Virus record (IMG/VR): IMGVR_UViG_3300002895_000002
Span: 32,001 to 96,000 of that record
DNA: 64,000 nucleotides
DNA from: a virus
Taxonomy: Duplodnaviria; Caudoviricetes
Strand: one strand, 5' to 3'
The notes under the pieces were generated by a model. The model saw only the letters and a program-made list of their open reading frames with translations, searched no databases and was not told the DNA's origin. A program made the position numbers and the translations under genes. Of this stretch, positions 26,924-35,980 are shown piece by piece. The number at the start of each line of letters is the position of its first letter. Within the stretch, counting starts at the first letter, position 1.

Positions 26924-27171
26924 GTGAGATAAAGATGCCGGAACTTATCACTCCAACACCACAAACCGACCGCCATACAAAAGGGTTTGACCGTCATGCC
27001 CCCAGACAGATTGGATTTTCAGAGAGAACCCCTCTGAGAAACGGGCCGACCCTTGCTGATTGGGAGGCTGCGGTCCTTACCGGTCAGGTTGGGGATAAGA
27101 CCATGACTGACGAGCTGATCAAAAAGCTCCAGGAAGAAGAAAAACCACAGATGCTGACAGAAAAGATTTGA
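26920..27171 (+). CDS. hypothetical protein
   Basis: ATGA coupling. Confidence 0.65.
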   Translation: MSEIKMPELITPTPQTDRHTKGFDRHAPRQIGFSERTPLRNGPTLADWEAAVLTGQVGDKTMTDELIKKLQEEEKPQMLTEKI

Positions 27172-27196
27172 CACCCAACCCCCTTCATGTTATTAT
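27168..27196 (+). promoter_or_regulatory. sigma70-type promoter
   Basis: TTGACA-17-TATTAT with TG. Confidence 0.75.
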
Positions 27197-27227
27197 TGAA
27201 TTACAATAAAGACATGAAGGGGTTACA

Positions 27228-27824
27228 ATGAACACCACTGCATTTGATGAATTCTTTCAAGTAACCAGCAAATATGAGGCGGTCATTCACGTTCGTTTGT
27301 TTAGAATGATCGAAGCATACATCACCAACCACACCGATGAGCTCGGACGGGTGTCCTTTCCAAGCGATCCCTGGTCACGTGTTCCCTACAACTTCACTAT
27401 GACATCATCACCAGACATGCGGTGGTTAAAAACAAACTTGCCAACCGGGACTTCACCGTTGAGAGCGGCCGGCGGTACTTCACTCTGCTGGATGATTGGC
27501 GGACCCCTGTCATGGTTCGGATCCTTAAAGAGGCTGAAGCAATTGTTGCTGGGTGGCAAATGAAGATGAAAGACAAGCTGGAACTCATCTTCAAACACCG
27601 TGACGACCCGGAAGGATTTGAAGCAGTCGGAACCCACGATCAGGGAATGTTCAGGGTACACTTCAAAAACGGTGACTCCTTTACCGTTCAGAATAAGATG
27701 ATCATCAACGTCAGCAAGAACGGTAAACTGTTCAATCAGTGGCCCTGTACTTTTGGAAACATCAAAAAAGGTGGGGGAGTTGTACAAGAAACAATCCGAG
27801 AAATGGATGAAGTCTGAATTCTAA
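27228..27824 (+). pseudogene. hypothetical protein with two apparent frameshifts
   Basis: frame switch near 27395 (to HYDIITRHAVVKNKL) and at the G5 run 27773-27777 (to GELYKKQSEKWMKSEF-stop). Confidence 0.55.
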
Positions 27825-27833
27825 GGAGCTATT

Positions 27834-28031
27834 TTGAGAGACTACAGGGATCAAGGCATCAAGGGATTAGCACCTGACCAACTCAGGTATCTCTTCGAGG
27901 AGGAGATTTACCCTGCCGCAAAAGGCATGCCGTTCAGGGAAGCCGATAACAAGTATGAAGAACGCATTTTGAATTTTGGCTATCAGTGCTTCATCCGTGG
28001 TGTCAAGCTCGGAAAGGAGCGGTTCAGATGA
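27834..28031 (+). CDS. hypothetical protein
   Basis: SD AAGGAG + TTG. Confidence 0.6.
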   Translation: MRDYRDQGIKGLAPDQLRYLFEEEIYPAAKGMPFREADNKYEERILNFGYQCFIRGVKLGKERFR

Positions 28032-28369
28032 GCAAGAAAACCTATCAGATACCCTTTGACTTTGAAGGGAACCAACTGGCTTATCCTGATTCCAGATACA
28101 ACCCAAACACGCGGACCTGGGATACTATCTGGAAAGACAACTACTTCTTTGAAGCTACACTTACCTATGATGGGTTCAGCCGCGGTCGCTCTGCTGCTGG
28201 TTTCGATCTGAAGGATGAGGAAGGACATCTCTACTACCTGATGATGTCCGAGATGGACCGTATCATGGCTCTTGGTGGCTGGGATGGCAATAAGATCACT
28301 GGGAAATGGACCTTCGTCAAGAAAGGTCAGAACTACGGGATCACGCTGATAGAGAGGGCCGAGAGATGA
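28028..28369 (+). CDS. hypothetical protein
   Basis: ATGA coupling; OB-like GRSAA...WTFVKKGQNYG. Confidence 0.75.
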   Translation: MSKKTYQIPFDFEGNQLAYPDSRYNPNTRTWDTIWKDNYFFEATLTYDGFSRGRSAAGFDLKDEEGHLYYLMMSEMDRIMALGGWDGNKITGKWTFVKKGQNYGITLIERAER

Positions 28370-28473
28370 TCGAAGGAGCCGCTCTTCTTGGAAAGCTCGT
28401 CCTCACACTGGTGCTCTACCTGAACGTGGCATATCTCATGGCAGAGCTCATCAAGAAAAATCGGGGTGACTGA
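28366..28473 (+). CDS. 35-aa membrane peptide
   Basis: ATGA/TGATG coupling; hydrophobic core. Confidence 0.5.
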   Translation: MIEGAALLGKLVLTLVLYLNVAYLMAELIKKNRGD

Positions 28474-28636
28474 TGAAAGTCATGATAGCTGGTGGATCCG
28501 TGCATAGAGCCGAGATCGTAAGGAGAATTATGGACACGATGGAGAAGGACGGGATTACATCTACGCCGGGGTGCTTGAACTGGCGGTGCTGGGTGAACGC
28601 ATCACAAGTGACACCATGGAACAGTACGATCTCTAG
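28473..28636 (+). pseudogene. small protein with a frameshift
   Basis: MKVMIAGG...MEKDG then DYIYAGVLELAVLG... in the shifted frame at GGG 28551-28553. Confidence 0.45.
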
Positions 28637-28642
28637 GAGGCA

Positions 28643-29299
28643 TCATTGATAATGAAGATGCATGGCTAAGATAATTATAAGTTCCTTTCTTTCTCGTGCT
28701 AATCTTTTATGTGTAGCTGACATTTTATTTTTAGTTTCTTCTGAAATTATCTGTTTTGCCCGGGCTTCCTTGATTTTATTTTTAGATTCATCTGAATGTT
28801 GTTTTCCAAAGAACGAATTTTTATTTCCTTTGTGGGAATCGCTTTGTTGTTTGATGTAGTCCTCGGAATAGGCATACCCATTTGCAAATTTAGAATGCCT
28901 GGTTTTTGATATTTTTTGTTTAGTGCTTTCGGATTGAATGTAACCCATTTTAGCATCAGATATTTTTTGTTTATGTTCGTCTGAATGTGAATAATTTATT
29001 CGTAAAAGTAAATAATCTTTTGACCCATATCTCTTACAATTTGTCATTCTTAGAATTGCTTTAGCCATTTTTGGGCCTTTGACTTTATGGCCACGCCAGA
29101 TACGAGCAAGAAGCAGATGGGCAATGAAGTGTTCCCTGATGGGTAGATTGACTCTGTTCCATGAACCATGTATATCTTCTATTCCATCAAGCTTTGCAAA
29201 CGACTTTGGAATAATGTGATGACTTTCGGTTTGTTTTTTGATCTTGGAAGTGTTTCAGTTGTGTTCAATAAGACGGTCGTAAATGGACTGGTAATTCAT
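28643..29299 (-). mobile_element. HNH homing endonuclease (Mob-like, NUMOD3 repeats) with in-frame TGA at codon 15
   Basis: MNYQSIYDRLIEHN*...ESHHIIPKS...NRVNLPIREHFIAHLLLARIW; NUMOD3 NSFFGKQHSDESK; TGA at 29255-29257. Confidence 0.85.
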
Positions 29300-29310
29300 G
29301 ACAGTTCCCC

Positions 29311-29402
29311 TATAAATAGATGTGACGAGGACAGCAGGGAAGTTCCCCTCTCTGTTGGTCGTGTACGCCCATACCGACCTTACTCGTTCTATTCTATTTA
29401 TA
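29311..29402. ncRNA. structured HEG-leader element, copy 2 (diverged)
   Basis: same flanks as copies 1 and 3, with compensatory stem changes. Confidence 0.7.
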
Positions 29403-29418
29403 ATTTCTTTTCAAATAG

Positions 29419-29446
29419 TTGACTTTTTATATCAATGTTGTATAAT
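29419..29446 (+). promoter_or_regulatory. sigma70-type promoter
   Basis: TTGACT-16-TATAAT. Confidence 0.6.
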
Positions 29447-29470
29447 TTAACTTATTTGTAAGGAGAAAAT

Positions 29471-29875
29471 ATGACAATTTATTATCTCGGTGGACCGATC
29501 CGCAGGCACGGCAGCTTCGAGCAGTATGACAAGCGGTGGCGTGACATTTTCATCAAGACTGTCCAGGATCGCGGCTTGGATGTCGCCTTTGAGAACCCGA
29601 TGGAGTTCTTCAGTCAGCGCAATGATCCGATGGTGATCGGTATGCGGGATCGGATGCTTATGGACAGATGCAATGCCGGTCTGTTCAATCTCTTCCCATT
29701 CACCAAGGACAAGTACCCATGCATCGGTGCTCTCTGGGAGATGGGCTACATGGCTGCCCAAGGCAAACCGGTCTTTGTCATGGCAGCTCCTGATAGCCCG
29801 TTCAGAACTCATCCCATGACGTGCTATTCAGGATTCTTCAACAGTCTCCAGGATGCACTGGACGAGCTATTTTAG
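29471..29875 (+). CDS. nucleoside 2-deoxyribosyltransferase / nucleotide N-glycosidase-like protein
   Basis: YYLGGPI, NPMEF, DRMLMDRC, IGALWEMGYMAAQGKPV. Confidence 0.75.
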   Translation: MTIYYLGGPIRRHGSFEQYDKRWRDIFIKTVQDRGLDVAFENPMEFFSQRNDPMVIGMRDRMLMDRCNAGLFNLFPFTKDKYPCIGALWEMGYMAAQGKPVFVMAAPDSPFRTHPMTCYSGFFNSLQDALDELF

Positions 29876-29906
29876 GAGATAATCATAGGTACTCCCAGGA
29901 TAAAAT

Positions 29907-29935
29907 TTGACATCCAAACCTAAATAAGGTATACT
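29907..29935 (+). promoter_or_regulatory. sigma70-type promoter
   Basis: TTGACA-17-TATACT. Confidence 0.7.
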
Positions 29936-29965
29936 GTAAGTATCAAATGAACGAAAGGATTTCTG

Positions 29966-30802
29966 ATGTCAAGTGCAATAGTCATTCGTAATTTTACCTG
30001 CCTCGACCATGCATACGTCGACGCTGCTGGGATGGTTTGTGGTGGGTCATACAACGTCTCTGTCACTCTTCGGGGTGAGGTAGTGGGTAATGAAGCGGTA
30101 GTGATTGATTTCTCGAAGGCCAAAAAGGCCTGCAAAGAAGCAATCGACGACAACCGGACTGGGTATGATCATAAGCTCATTCTTTATCCGTGGTCGAAGG
30201 TTGAGGTAACACCGCTTCGACATGGTCTAACCCTTATATCACCGTTCCTTGAGATATGCTGTCCCGAAGATGCTGTCAATGTTGTTACCATTTCTCTCGA
30301 GGCTGAGCTGGAACGACTGATTGACAATAAACTGAAGAATCTGTTTCCTGAAGCCCAGGTGTCATCCGATGTTTCTCTTTCCACCCATCCATTCAGTGAT
30401 GGTGAATATTCCATGTTCTCATACGTGCATGGTCTAAAGCACTCCAGCTCCTACGGTTGCCAGAATATGAATCACGGACATCTCAGTTTTATCGAGGTGG
30501 AGGGCCCAACGGCTCGGCTCGTCGCAGATCAGATTGCTGGATACCTGAATGGGACCGTCTTCATTAACAAGGAAAACATAGTCTTTGAGGATGATGAATG
30601 GATCTCAATAGGCTACCAGTGTAACCGGGGATACTTTCGGTCTAAATACAGCAAGGAACACAAGATTGTCATTCTCAATTCTGAGACGACTGCCGAGAAC
30701 CTCGTTGAGTACGTTCAACTCATGTTCCCTCAGTACATGACATCTCGATACAAGATCATCATTTCAGAAGGCCTTCAGAAAGGGGCGATCGTCAATGAAT
30801 AG
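29966..30802 (+). CDS. queD: QueD-like 6-carboxytetrahydropterin synthase (tandem T-fold)
   Basis: DFSKAK...DHKL, HGL...CQNMNHGHLS, ETTAENL; adjacent to queE. Confidence 0.75.
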   Translation: MSSAIVIRNFTCLDHAYVDAAGMVCGGSYNVSVTLRGEVVGNEAVVIDFSKAKKACKEAIDDNRTGYDHKLILYPWSKVEVTPLRHGLTLISPFLEICCPEDAVNVVTISLEAELERLIDNKLKNLFPEAQVSSDVSLSTHPFSDGEYSMFSYVHGLKHSSSYGCQNMNHGHLSFIEVEGPTARLVADQIAGYLNGTVFINKENIVFEDDEWISIGYQCNRGYFRSKYSKEHKIVILNSETTAENLVEYVQLMFPQYMTSRYKIIISEGLQKGAIVNE

Positions 30803-31616
30803 GCTTCCCATCGTTGAAAAATTCGGTCCGGCCATCCAGGGTGAGGGGTTACTTGCAGGAACACCGTCACTCTTCATTCGGGTCTTTGGTTGCAACCTTC
30901 GTTGTCAGTTTGGGTGCTCCTCTGACGAATACGCAGCGTTCCGAAAGCAACTTGCTGAGGATACCGCTGGGATCACCAATCTCGATGATTTCCCGGTTGT
31001 GTCGACGGGGTGTGATACCCCTTACTCCATCTTCCCTGAGTATCGCCGGTTCACAAAGACGGAAAGCCCCCTGGACCTTGAGCGGTGGGTTGTTGAACGG
31101 CTCACTCGGGACATGCATTTGGTTATCACTGGTGGTGAACCACTGCTCCCGGGTTATCAGGAAGCATGGGAAGAGCTTCTTGAGAATCTCAAAATACAAG
31201 GATATGATCTCGGAAAGGTCACGTTCGAGACCAACGGAACTCAGCCACTAACTGGGTGGTTCTCCAGGTTCCTTTGGCGTAACGATGATGTCAATTTTTC
31301 TATCAGCCCAAAGCTCTCATGCTCCGGGATGGCTCCTGAAAAAGCACTGGTCCCTGATGCTATTCAGTCATATGAAGACGCCGGCGTCAATATGTGGTTC
31401 AAATTTGTCGTTGCATCAGACAAGGACGCAGAGGAGGCTCTGGAAGCGGTTAAGAGCTTTGGCTTGTGCTGTGATTACCCGATCTACTTTATGCCGATGG
31501 GTGGCACGAAAGATACGCTCTCTGAAAGAGCAACATACGAGCTGGCTCTCAAGTATGGCGTCCGGTATAGCCCGAGACTACAGGTATCTATCCTTGATAA
31601 TGGGATTGGTGTTTAG
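30795..31616 (+). CDS. queE: 7-carboxy-7-deazaguanine synthase (radical SAM)
   Basis: IQGEGLLAGTPSLFIRVFGCNLRC...GCDTPY, VITGGEP, FETNGT, ISPKL, YSPRLQ. Confidence 0.9.
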   Translation: MNRLPIVEKFGPAIQGEGLLAGTPSLFIRVFGCNLRCQFGCSSDEYAAFRKQLAEDTAGITNLDDFPVVSTGCDTPYSIFPEYRRFTKTESPLDLERWVVERLTRDMHLVITGGEPLLPGYQEAWEELLENLKIQGYDLGKVTFETNGTQPLTGWFSRFLWRNDDVNFSISPKLSCSGMAPEKALVPDAIQSYEDAGVNMWFKFVVASDKDAEEALEAVKSFGLCCDYPIYFMPMGGTKDTLSERATYELALKYGVRYSPRLQVSILDNGIGV

Positions 31617-32367
31617 GTTTGCTACATCCGGGAATTCGACCCCGGACCCAACCCATTTCTAAATAATGTTGAGCTTGCTCTGGAGAAACCAGGAAATGCT
31701 GAGAATGGTTAGTCACCCATACCTTACCTTTGGTGTTACTGACCATCCCTTTCATTGTTTGTTTTCTTTTTTCGTTTGATTCGGGTGTTGGTGGCTGTCC
31801 TTTGGGGTGAGAATAGAATTTTTCTTTCGTGTGAGCAGGCCACCCCATCTGGTATCCCATTTCAAGATACCGAGGAACCTCTTCGGGTGGTACTCGAAAA
31901 CACCCAGAACTGTTATGAACAACCTTTCTTCCCGTAAACTTTTTAGATCGATTGATATAACCAGCCTTGCAATTTTCAGTTCCGTGAGGAGGAGTATCCC
32001 CTCCATCCGTACTGTTTGTCAATGGACCACCATTGATCGTTCTACCAATCAAAGAAATAAGAAACGGTTCGTAGCAATACAGAGCAGTAAACTCAACCAG
32101 GTTGGAAGATGTTTTTATAATATAATCTCTTATATCAAAATGCTGCATTATAGCCCGAATGGTGTTGTTTTTATGTTTATTCGTACATCTCTCCATGCTT
32201 TTCTTCTGCAAGTGATATCTCCATCTATCACCAGTACCCTTACCAACATAGAAAGGTTCATAGAAGAAGGTAACGAAATTTCCGTAGGTATATCTTCCGG
32301 GCTTCCGAGGGTCAAGATAGATGTAGACATAATACTTGGGTTCGTGGGAGAACTTTGCTGTTTTCAC
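31588..32367 (-). mobile_element. GIY-YIG (LEM-3-like) homing endonuclease
   Basis: YYVYIYLDPRK...PFYVGKGTGDR; repeated KVVHNS/KVWVTNH domains; SD GAGGTG + GTG. Confidence 0.85.
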
Positions 32368-32378
32368 GATTTCACCTC

Positions 32379-32470
32379 TATAAATAGATGTGACGGGGAC
32401 AGTGGAGTTTCACCTCCTCCATTGGTTGTCAGTGCCACCTGCAACCTTACCCGTTCCATCCTTATTTATC
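32379..32470. ncRNA. structured HEG-leader element, copy 3
   Basis: 72-nt identity to copy 1. Confidence 0.7.
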
Positions 32471-32501
32471 AAATCCTAAGAAAATCAATGGAAATAAACC
32501 A

Positions 32502-32681
32502 ATGAATAAAGAAATGAAGATCAGATGTCAGGTTTGTGGTGAATGGATTCCAGTTCGGTACATTCATAACCACGTGGATTGGCAACACCAGGCCAACACC
32601 GAATACCATAGTTACATTATGGGATTAACAGTCGAAGAGATATTAGAAAATTCAAAGAATAATTTCCAGCTCAGAATTTGA
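32502..32681 (+). CDS. 59-aa C2H2-like zinc-finger protein, copy 2 (absent from ORF track)
   Basis: 52/59 aa identical to 19047-19226. Confidence 0.75.
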   Translation: MNKEMKIRCQVCGEWIPVRYIHNHVDWQHQANTEYHSYIMGLTVEEILENSKNNFQLRI

Positions 32682-32706
32682 CAGATCCCTCTCTTCATGT
32701 TACCAT
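32678..32706 (+). promoter_or_regulatory. sigma70-type promoter overlapping the zinc-finger stop
   Basis: TTGACA-17-TACCAT with TG. Confidence 0.65.
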
Positions 32707-32745
32707 ACTTTTACATTGAACATGTGAACAAGAAAGGAACCACCA

Positions 32746-33423
32746 ATGGCATTTGATCCATCAAAACTCGACAAAACACTCGGCAATCAAATTCACGAAC
32801 ATCTGAAGACACTCGGGATTGAAACTCCCACGACAGATCTGCTTTTGCTGGATGATGAACAGAAGATCCAGACCATTATGCCACACGTCCAAGCAATTCT
32901 CGAGACTCTCGGTCTTGACCTGACCGATGACAGTCTTCAGGACACTCCGAAGCGGGTTGCGAAGATGTGGGTTCGAGAAAAGTTCTGGGGTCTGTGTCCG
33001 GGCAAGTTCCCGAAGATGATGACTATCGAGAACAAGATGAAATACCAACAGATGGTCTGTGAGAAAAACATTCGGGTCCTGTCCGACTGTGAACACCACC
33101 TGGCTCAGATCGATGGTTTCGCTCACGTCGCGTATATCTCCAACGGCAAGATTCTCGGTCTGTCCAAGCTCAACCGGATCGTTCAGTATTTCTCGGCAAG
33201 ACCCCAGGTCCAAGAGAGGATTGGCGAGCAGATCGGTGAGGCTCTCAAGTTCATCCTGGGCACAGAAGACGTCGCTGTATGCATCGAAGCTTCTCATTAC
33301 TGCGTGATTGCTCGTGGTGCAAGGGACTACGAATCTTCGACCACCACATCGTTCCTTTCCGGCGTATTCAGGGATGATCCCATGGTCCGGTCGGAGTTCT
33401 ACTCCATGGTCAACGGAAAATAA
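32746..33423 (+). CDS. folE: GTP cyclohydrolase I
   Basis: DTPKRVAKMW, SDCEHH, GLSKLNRIV, RPQVQER, HYCVIARG. Confidence 0.97.
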   Translation: MAFDPSKLDKTLGNQIHEHLKTLGIETPTTDLLLLDDEQKIQTIMPHVQAILETLGLDLTDDSLQDTPKRVAKMWVREKFWGLCPGKFPKMMTIENKMKYQQMVCEKNIRVLSDCEHHLAQIDGFAHVAYISNGKILGLSKLNRIVQYFSARPQVQERIGEQIGEALKFILGTEDVAVCIEASHYCVIARGARDYESSTTTSFLSGVFRDDPMVRSEFYSMVNGK

Positions 33424-33436
33424 AACCGGTATAAAT

Positions 33437-33480
33437 GAGAGGTGGGTGAATTTGACATCCACCTCTCATTCTGTTACTAT
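33437..33480 (+). promoter_or_regulatory. hairpin overlapping a sigma70 promoter
   Basis: GAGAGGTGG/CCACCTCTC stem encloses TTGACA 33452; -10 TACTAT. Confidence 0.6.
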
Positions 33481-33507
33481 AAGGTATCAAACAAAGGAAG
33501 GAACCAA

Positions 33508-34767
33508 ATGGCCAATCATCTTGAGTATGTTCTGTCTGGTGTAGGGTTTACTCGCCTCGTGGCAAAACCCCTCCAGGAAAGTGCCGAAGGTGTTGCATGG
33601 GTCAACGATATGTTCACCTCCATGCAAAGTGTCGGTGCTACCCACGGATTTTCCCTTCTGTACAACGCATGGATCGAGCATAGCTTTGGTGAGATTTTCA
33701 AGCTGTTCCGACCTGGGCTTGAAAACGTGTATGCTGACTCGGGTGGTCTTCAGATCGTTACCCAGGGTAAGGCGATCACTGAGGATATGAAGGAGAAGGT
33801 CTACTTCAACCAGGCAAACGGATCTACTAAGGCCATGTGTTTTGATGAGATCCCGGTAACAATCCTGGGTGACAAATCAACCCGGCTGGATCTCGGGTCT
33901 CGTTTCTTTGATGAGACCAAATTCATGGACTGTGCGATCCTTACCGGCAAGAATATTGCCCGGCAGATTGAGATCTTCCTGGATGAGAAAACCAAGTCCC
34001 AACCGATCCTAATCACCCAAGGTAACTGTCTCGAGACCTACATGCAGTGGACTGATCTCGTTCTCCAACAGATCCCAACGAGCCACCACAAGTATATCGG
34101 TGGTATTGCTATGGGGGCGGCGGCTCTCGGCCATGGTCAGCTCGAAGATATCAAACGGGCGTTTTATTTTACCCAGCTCCCGTTTGAGGCAGCTCATAAT
34201 CACGTTCACATCCTGGCTCTCGGATCAGTAACCAGAATCCTTCCTTACCTCATCTTCATGCAAAACGGGGTGTTTCAGGATCTGCACCTGTCATACGACT
34301 CCACCACCCACAGCTCAGGGATTCACATGGGTCGGTATTACAGCCGAAAGGGTGCAAATCTTGAGTTTGGACGGAAGATGGGCCCTGAGTGGGCTGAGAT
34401 CTACGAAGATGTTTGTGCATTGGCTGATGTCGGTCTCGACTTTGAGGAGTTTGTTCGAGTTATTAATATGCCGGCAACCGCGTACGAGAAAGAAACCGGT
34501 GATAGAGTTCCTGCGGTGAAAGCTCTTGCTGCGATGTGTTGTGCATCAGTAAAAAACTTCATTCAGCACGTGGAAAGATGTGTACAATCAAGGAAAGATG
34601 TGTTAAAATTAGCAGACAGTCGGAAGAGCTACCTGGCGTTCAAGCATTTGCATGAGGTCAAGACCCTGCAGGACTTCGTACATTGGGAGACCCAGCTTGG
34701 ACGGTTCCTTCACTCTGTCCCTGTTCAAAGCTCAAGGCCGGCAACACTCGAAAATTTCTTTGAATAA
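33508..34767 (+). CDS. dpdA: DNA guanine transglycosylase (TGT-like, DpdA family)
   Basis: VYADSGGLQ, MCFDEIP, ITQG, HILALGS, SYDSTT; within the folE/queD/queE cluster. Confidence 0.8.
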   Translation: MANHLEYVLSGVGFTRLVAKPLQESAEGVAWVNDMFTSMQSVGATHGFSLLYNAWIEHSFGEIFKLFRPGLENVYADSGGLQIVTQGKAITEDMKEKVYFNQANGSTKAMCFDEIPVTILGDKSTRLDLGSRFFDETKFMDCAILTGKNIARQIEIFLDEKTKSQPILITQGNCLETYMQWTDLVLQQIPTSHHKYIGGIAMGAAALGHGQLEDIKRAFYFTQLPFEAAHNHVHILALGSVTRILPYLIFMQNGVFQDLHLSYDSTTHSSGIHMGRYYSRKGANLEFGRKMGPEWAEIYEDVCALADVGLDFEEFVRVINMPATAYEKETGDRVPAVKALAAMCCASVKNFIQHVERCVQSRKDVLKLADSRKSYLAFKHLHEVKTLQDFVHWETQLGRFLHSVPVQSSRPATLENFFE

Positions 34768-34780
34768 GGAGAACGAACGA

Positions 34781-35143
34781 ATGATCAAAAGGTACATTGA
34801 AGTTCAGATTGTTAAGGAAGGGTGTCACCGTTATCCAGCAGCAGAAACAGATCCAAAACTGGCTGACGTTGATTATCTAGCAAACAGACATTTTCACTAT
34901 TTCTACATCACGGTCAAGATTGAAGTATTTCATAATGATCGGTGTCTTGAATTTCAACAATTTCGTCGATATCTCGAGAAACTCTATAATCAAGGAATTC
35001 TCGAGATAGATTTCAAGTCATGTGAAATGCTCGCCGAAGACCTCATCGGAACTTTGAGCCGAACATATCCAGACCGGGATATGTCAATTCGAGTGTTTGA
35101 AGATAATATCAACGGTGCTGAATTAGTGTATACTGTTGACTAG
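34781..35143 (+). CDS. small QueD-like T-fold protein, DpdL (CDG decarboxylase) candidate
   Basis: HRYPAA...RHFHYF...HNDRCLEF...SCEMLAE; follows dpdA directly. Confidence 0.45.
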   Translation: MIKRYIEVQIVKEGCHRYPAAETDPKLADVDYLANRHFHYFYITVKIEVFHNDRCLEFQQFRRYLEKLYNQGILEIDFKSCEMLAEDLIGTLSRTYPDRDMSIRVFEDNINGAELVYTVD

Positions 35144-35917
35144 GATTGAACTGACAGTTTCTGGGTTATTGTATATTTCAGATTCTTTGAATCGAATGAC
35201 ACGATAACCCAGACTGTCAGCAATCAATTCACATTCATTATCGCGTTTTATTGTTTCTGGTTTTGAATGCCAATAATCACCATCTACTTCAACTAGGATG
35301 TTTGTATTTTTGATCAAAAAATCATAACAGTGGCGCCAATTTGAATTTTTGGTCTTTTTGAATTGGATAAGAAATTGTTGCTCATATTCTATTCCAAGAG
35401 ATGACATGATCTCAATCATTTTCCTCTCTGGTTTAGTATTGGAACCCAAACGACCGGATTTGATTAGAGAAATAACATTTCTCGACGTTGCATCTTTGTG
35501 TTTTTCCGTTCTGGTATATCGCCCAATTCTAGAATTATCACGAACAGCAGCAGATCTCTTCATTTTTTCTTTTGCATCTTCAGAATGGGTCTTTCCAAAC
35601 ATGGGATTATTTTCACCAATCGTTTTGCCCTTCTTTGCATTGGAAATATTCTCATTTCTATTCTTTACCCATTCTGGATCTTTTGATTTTTCATCTATTG
35701 ATTTTCTTGCACGTTCAGCCATTCTTTTTGCATGGCTGGATCTTTCTTCCGGGGTTGTTCTCGCTTCTCTTGATTCTTTTTGTCTTCTAATTATTTCGGG
35801 GCATTTGGTTATTGATTTTTGACATCGCTTTGTTTTTGTGTTATAACTGATGTATAGAGCAGGAAGACCACAATATGCACAGACGTCTTGTTCGGTTGGG
35901 TTCTCAATCAATGGCAT
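35123..35917 (-). mobile_element. homing endonuclease, NUMOD3 + Vsr/DUF559-like domain
   Basis: GENNPMFGKTHSEDAK; CYDFLIKNTNILVEVDGDYWH; SD GGAG. Confidence 0.85.
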
Positions 35918-35980
35918 GGTAAATACTCCAGACATAAATTCATTCTATCCATCATTATTTATCAAGAAAGGCAAGAAATA

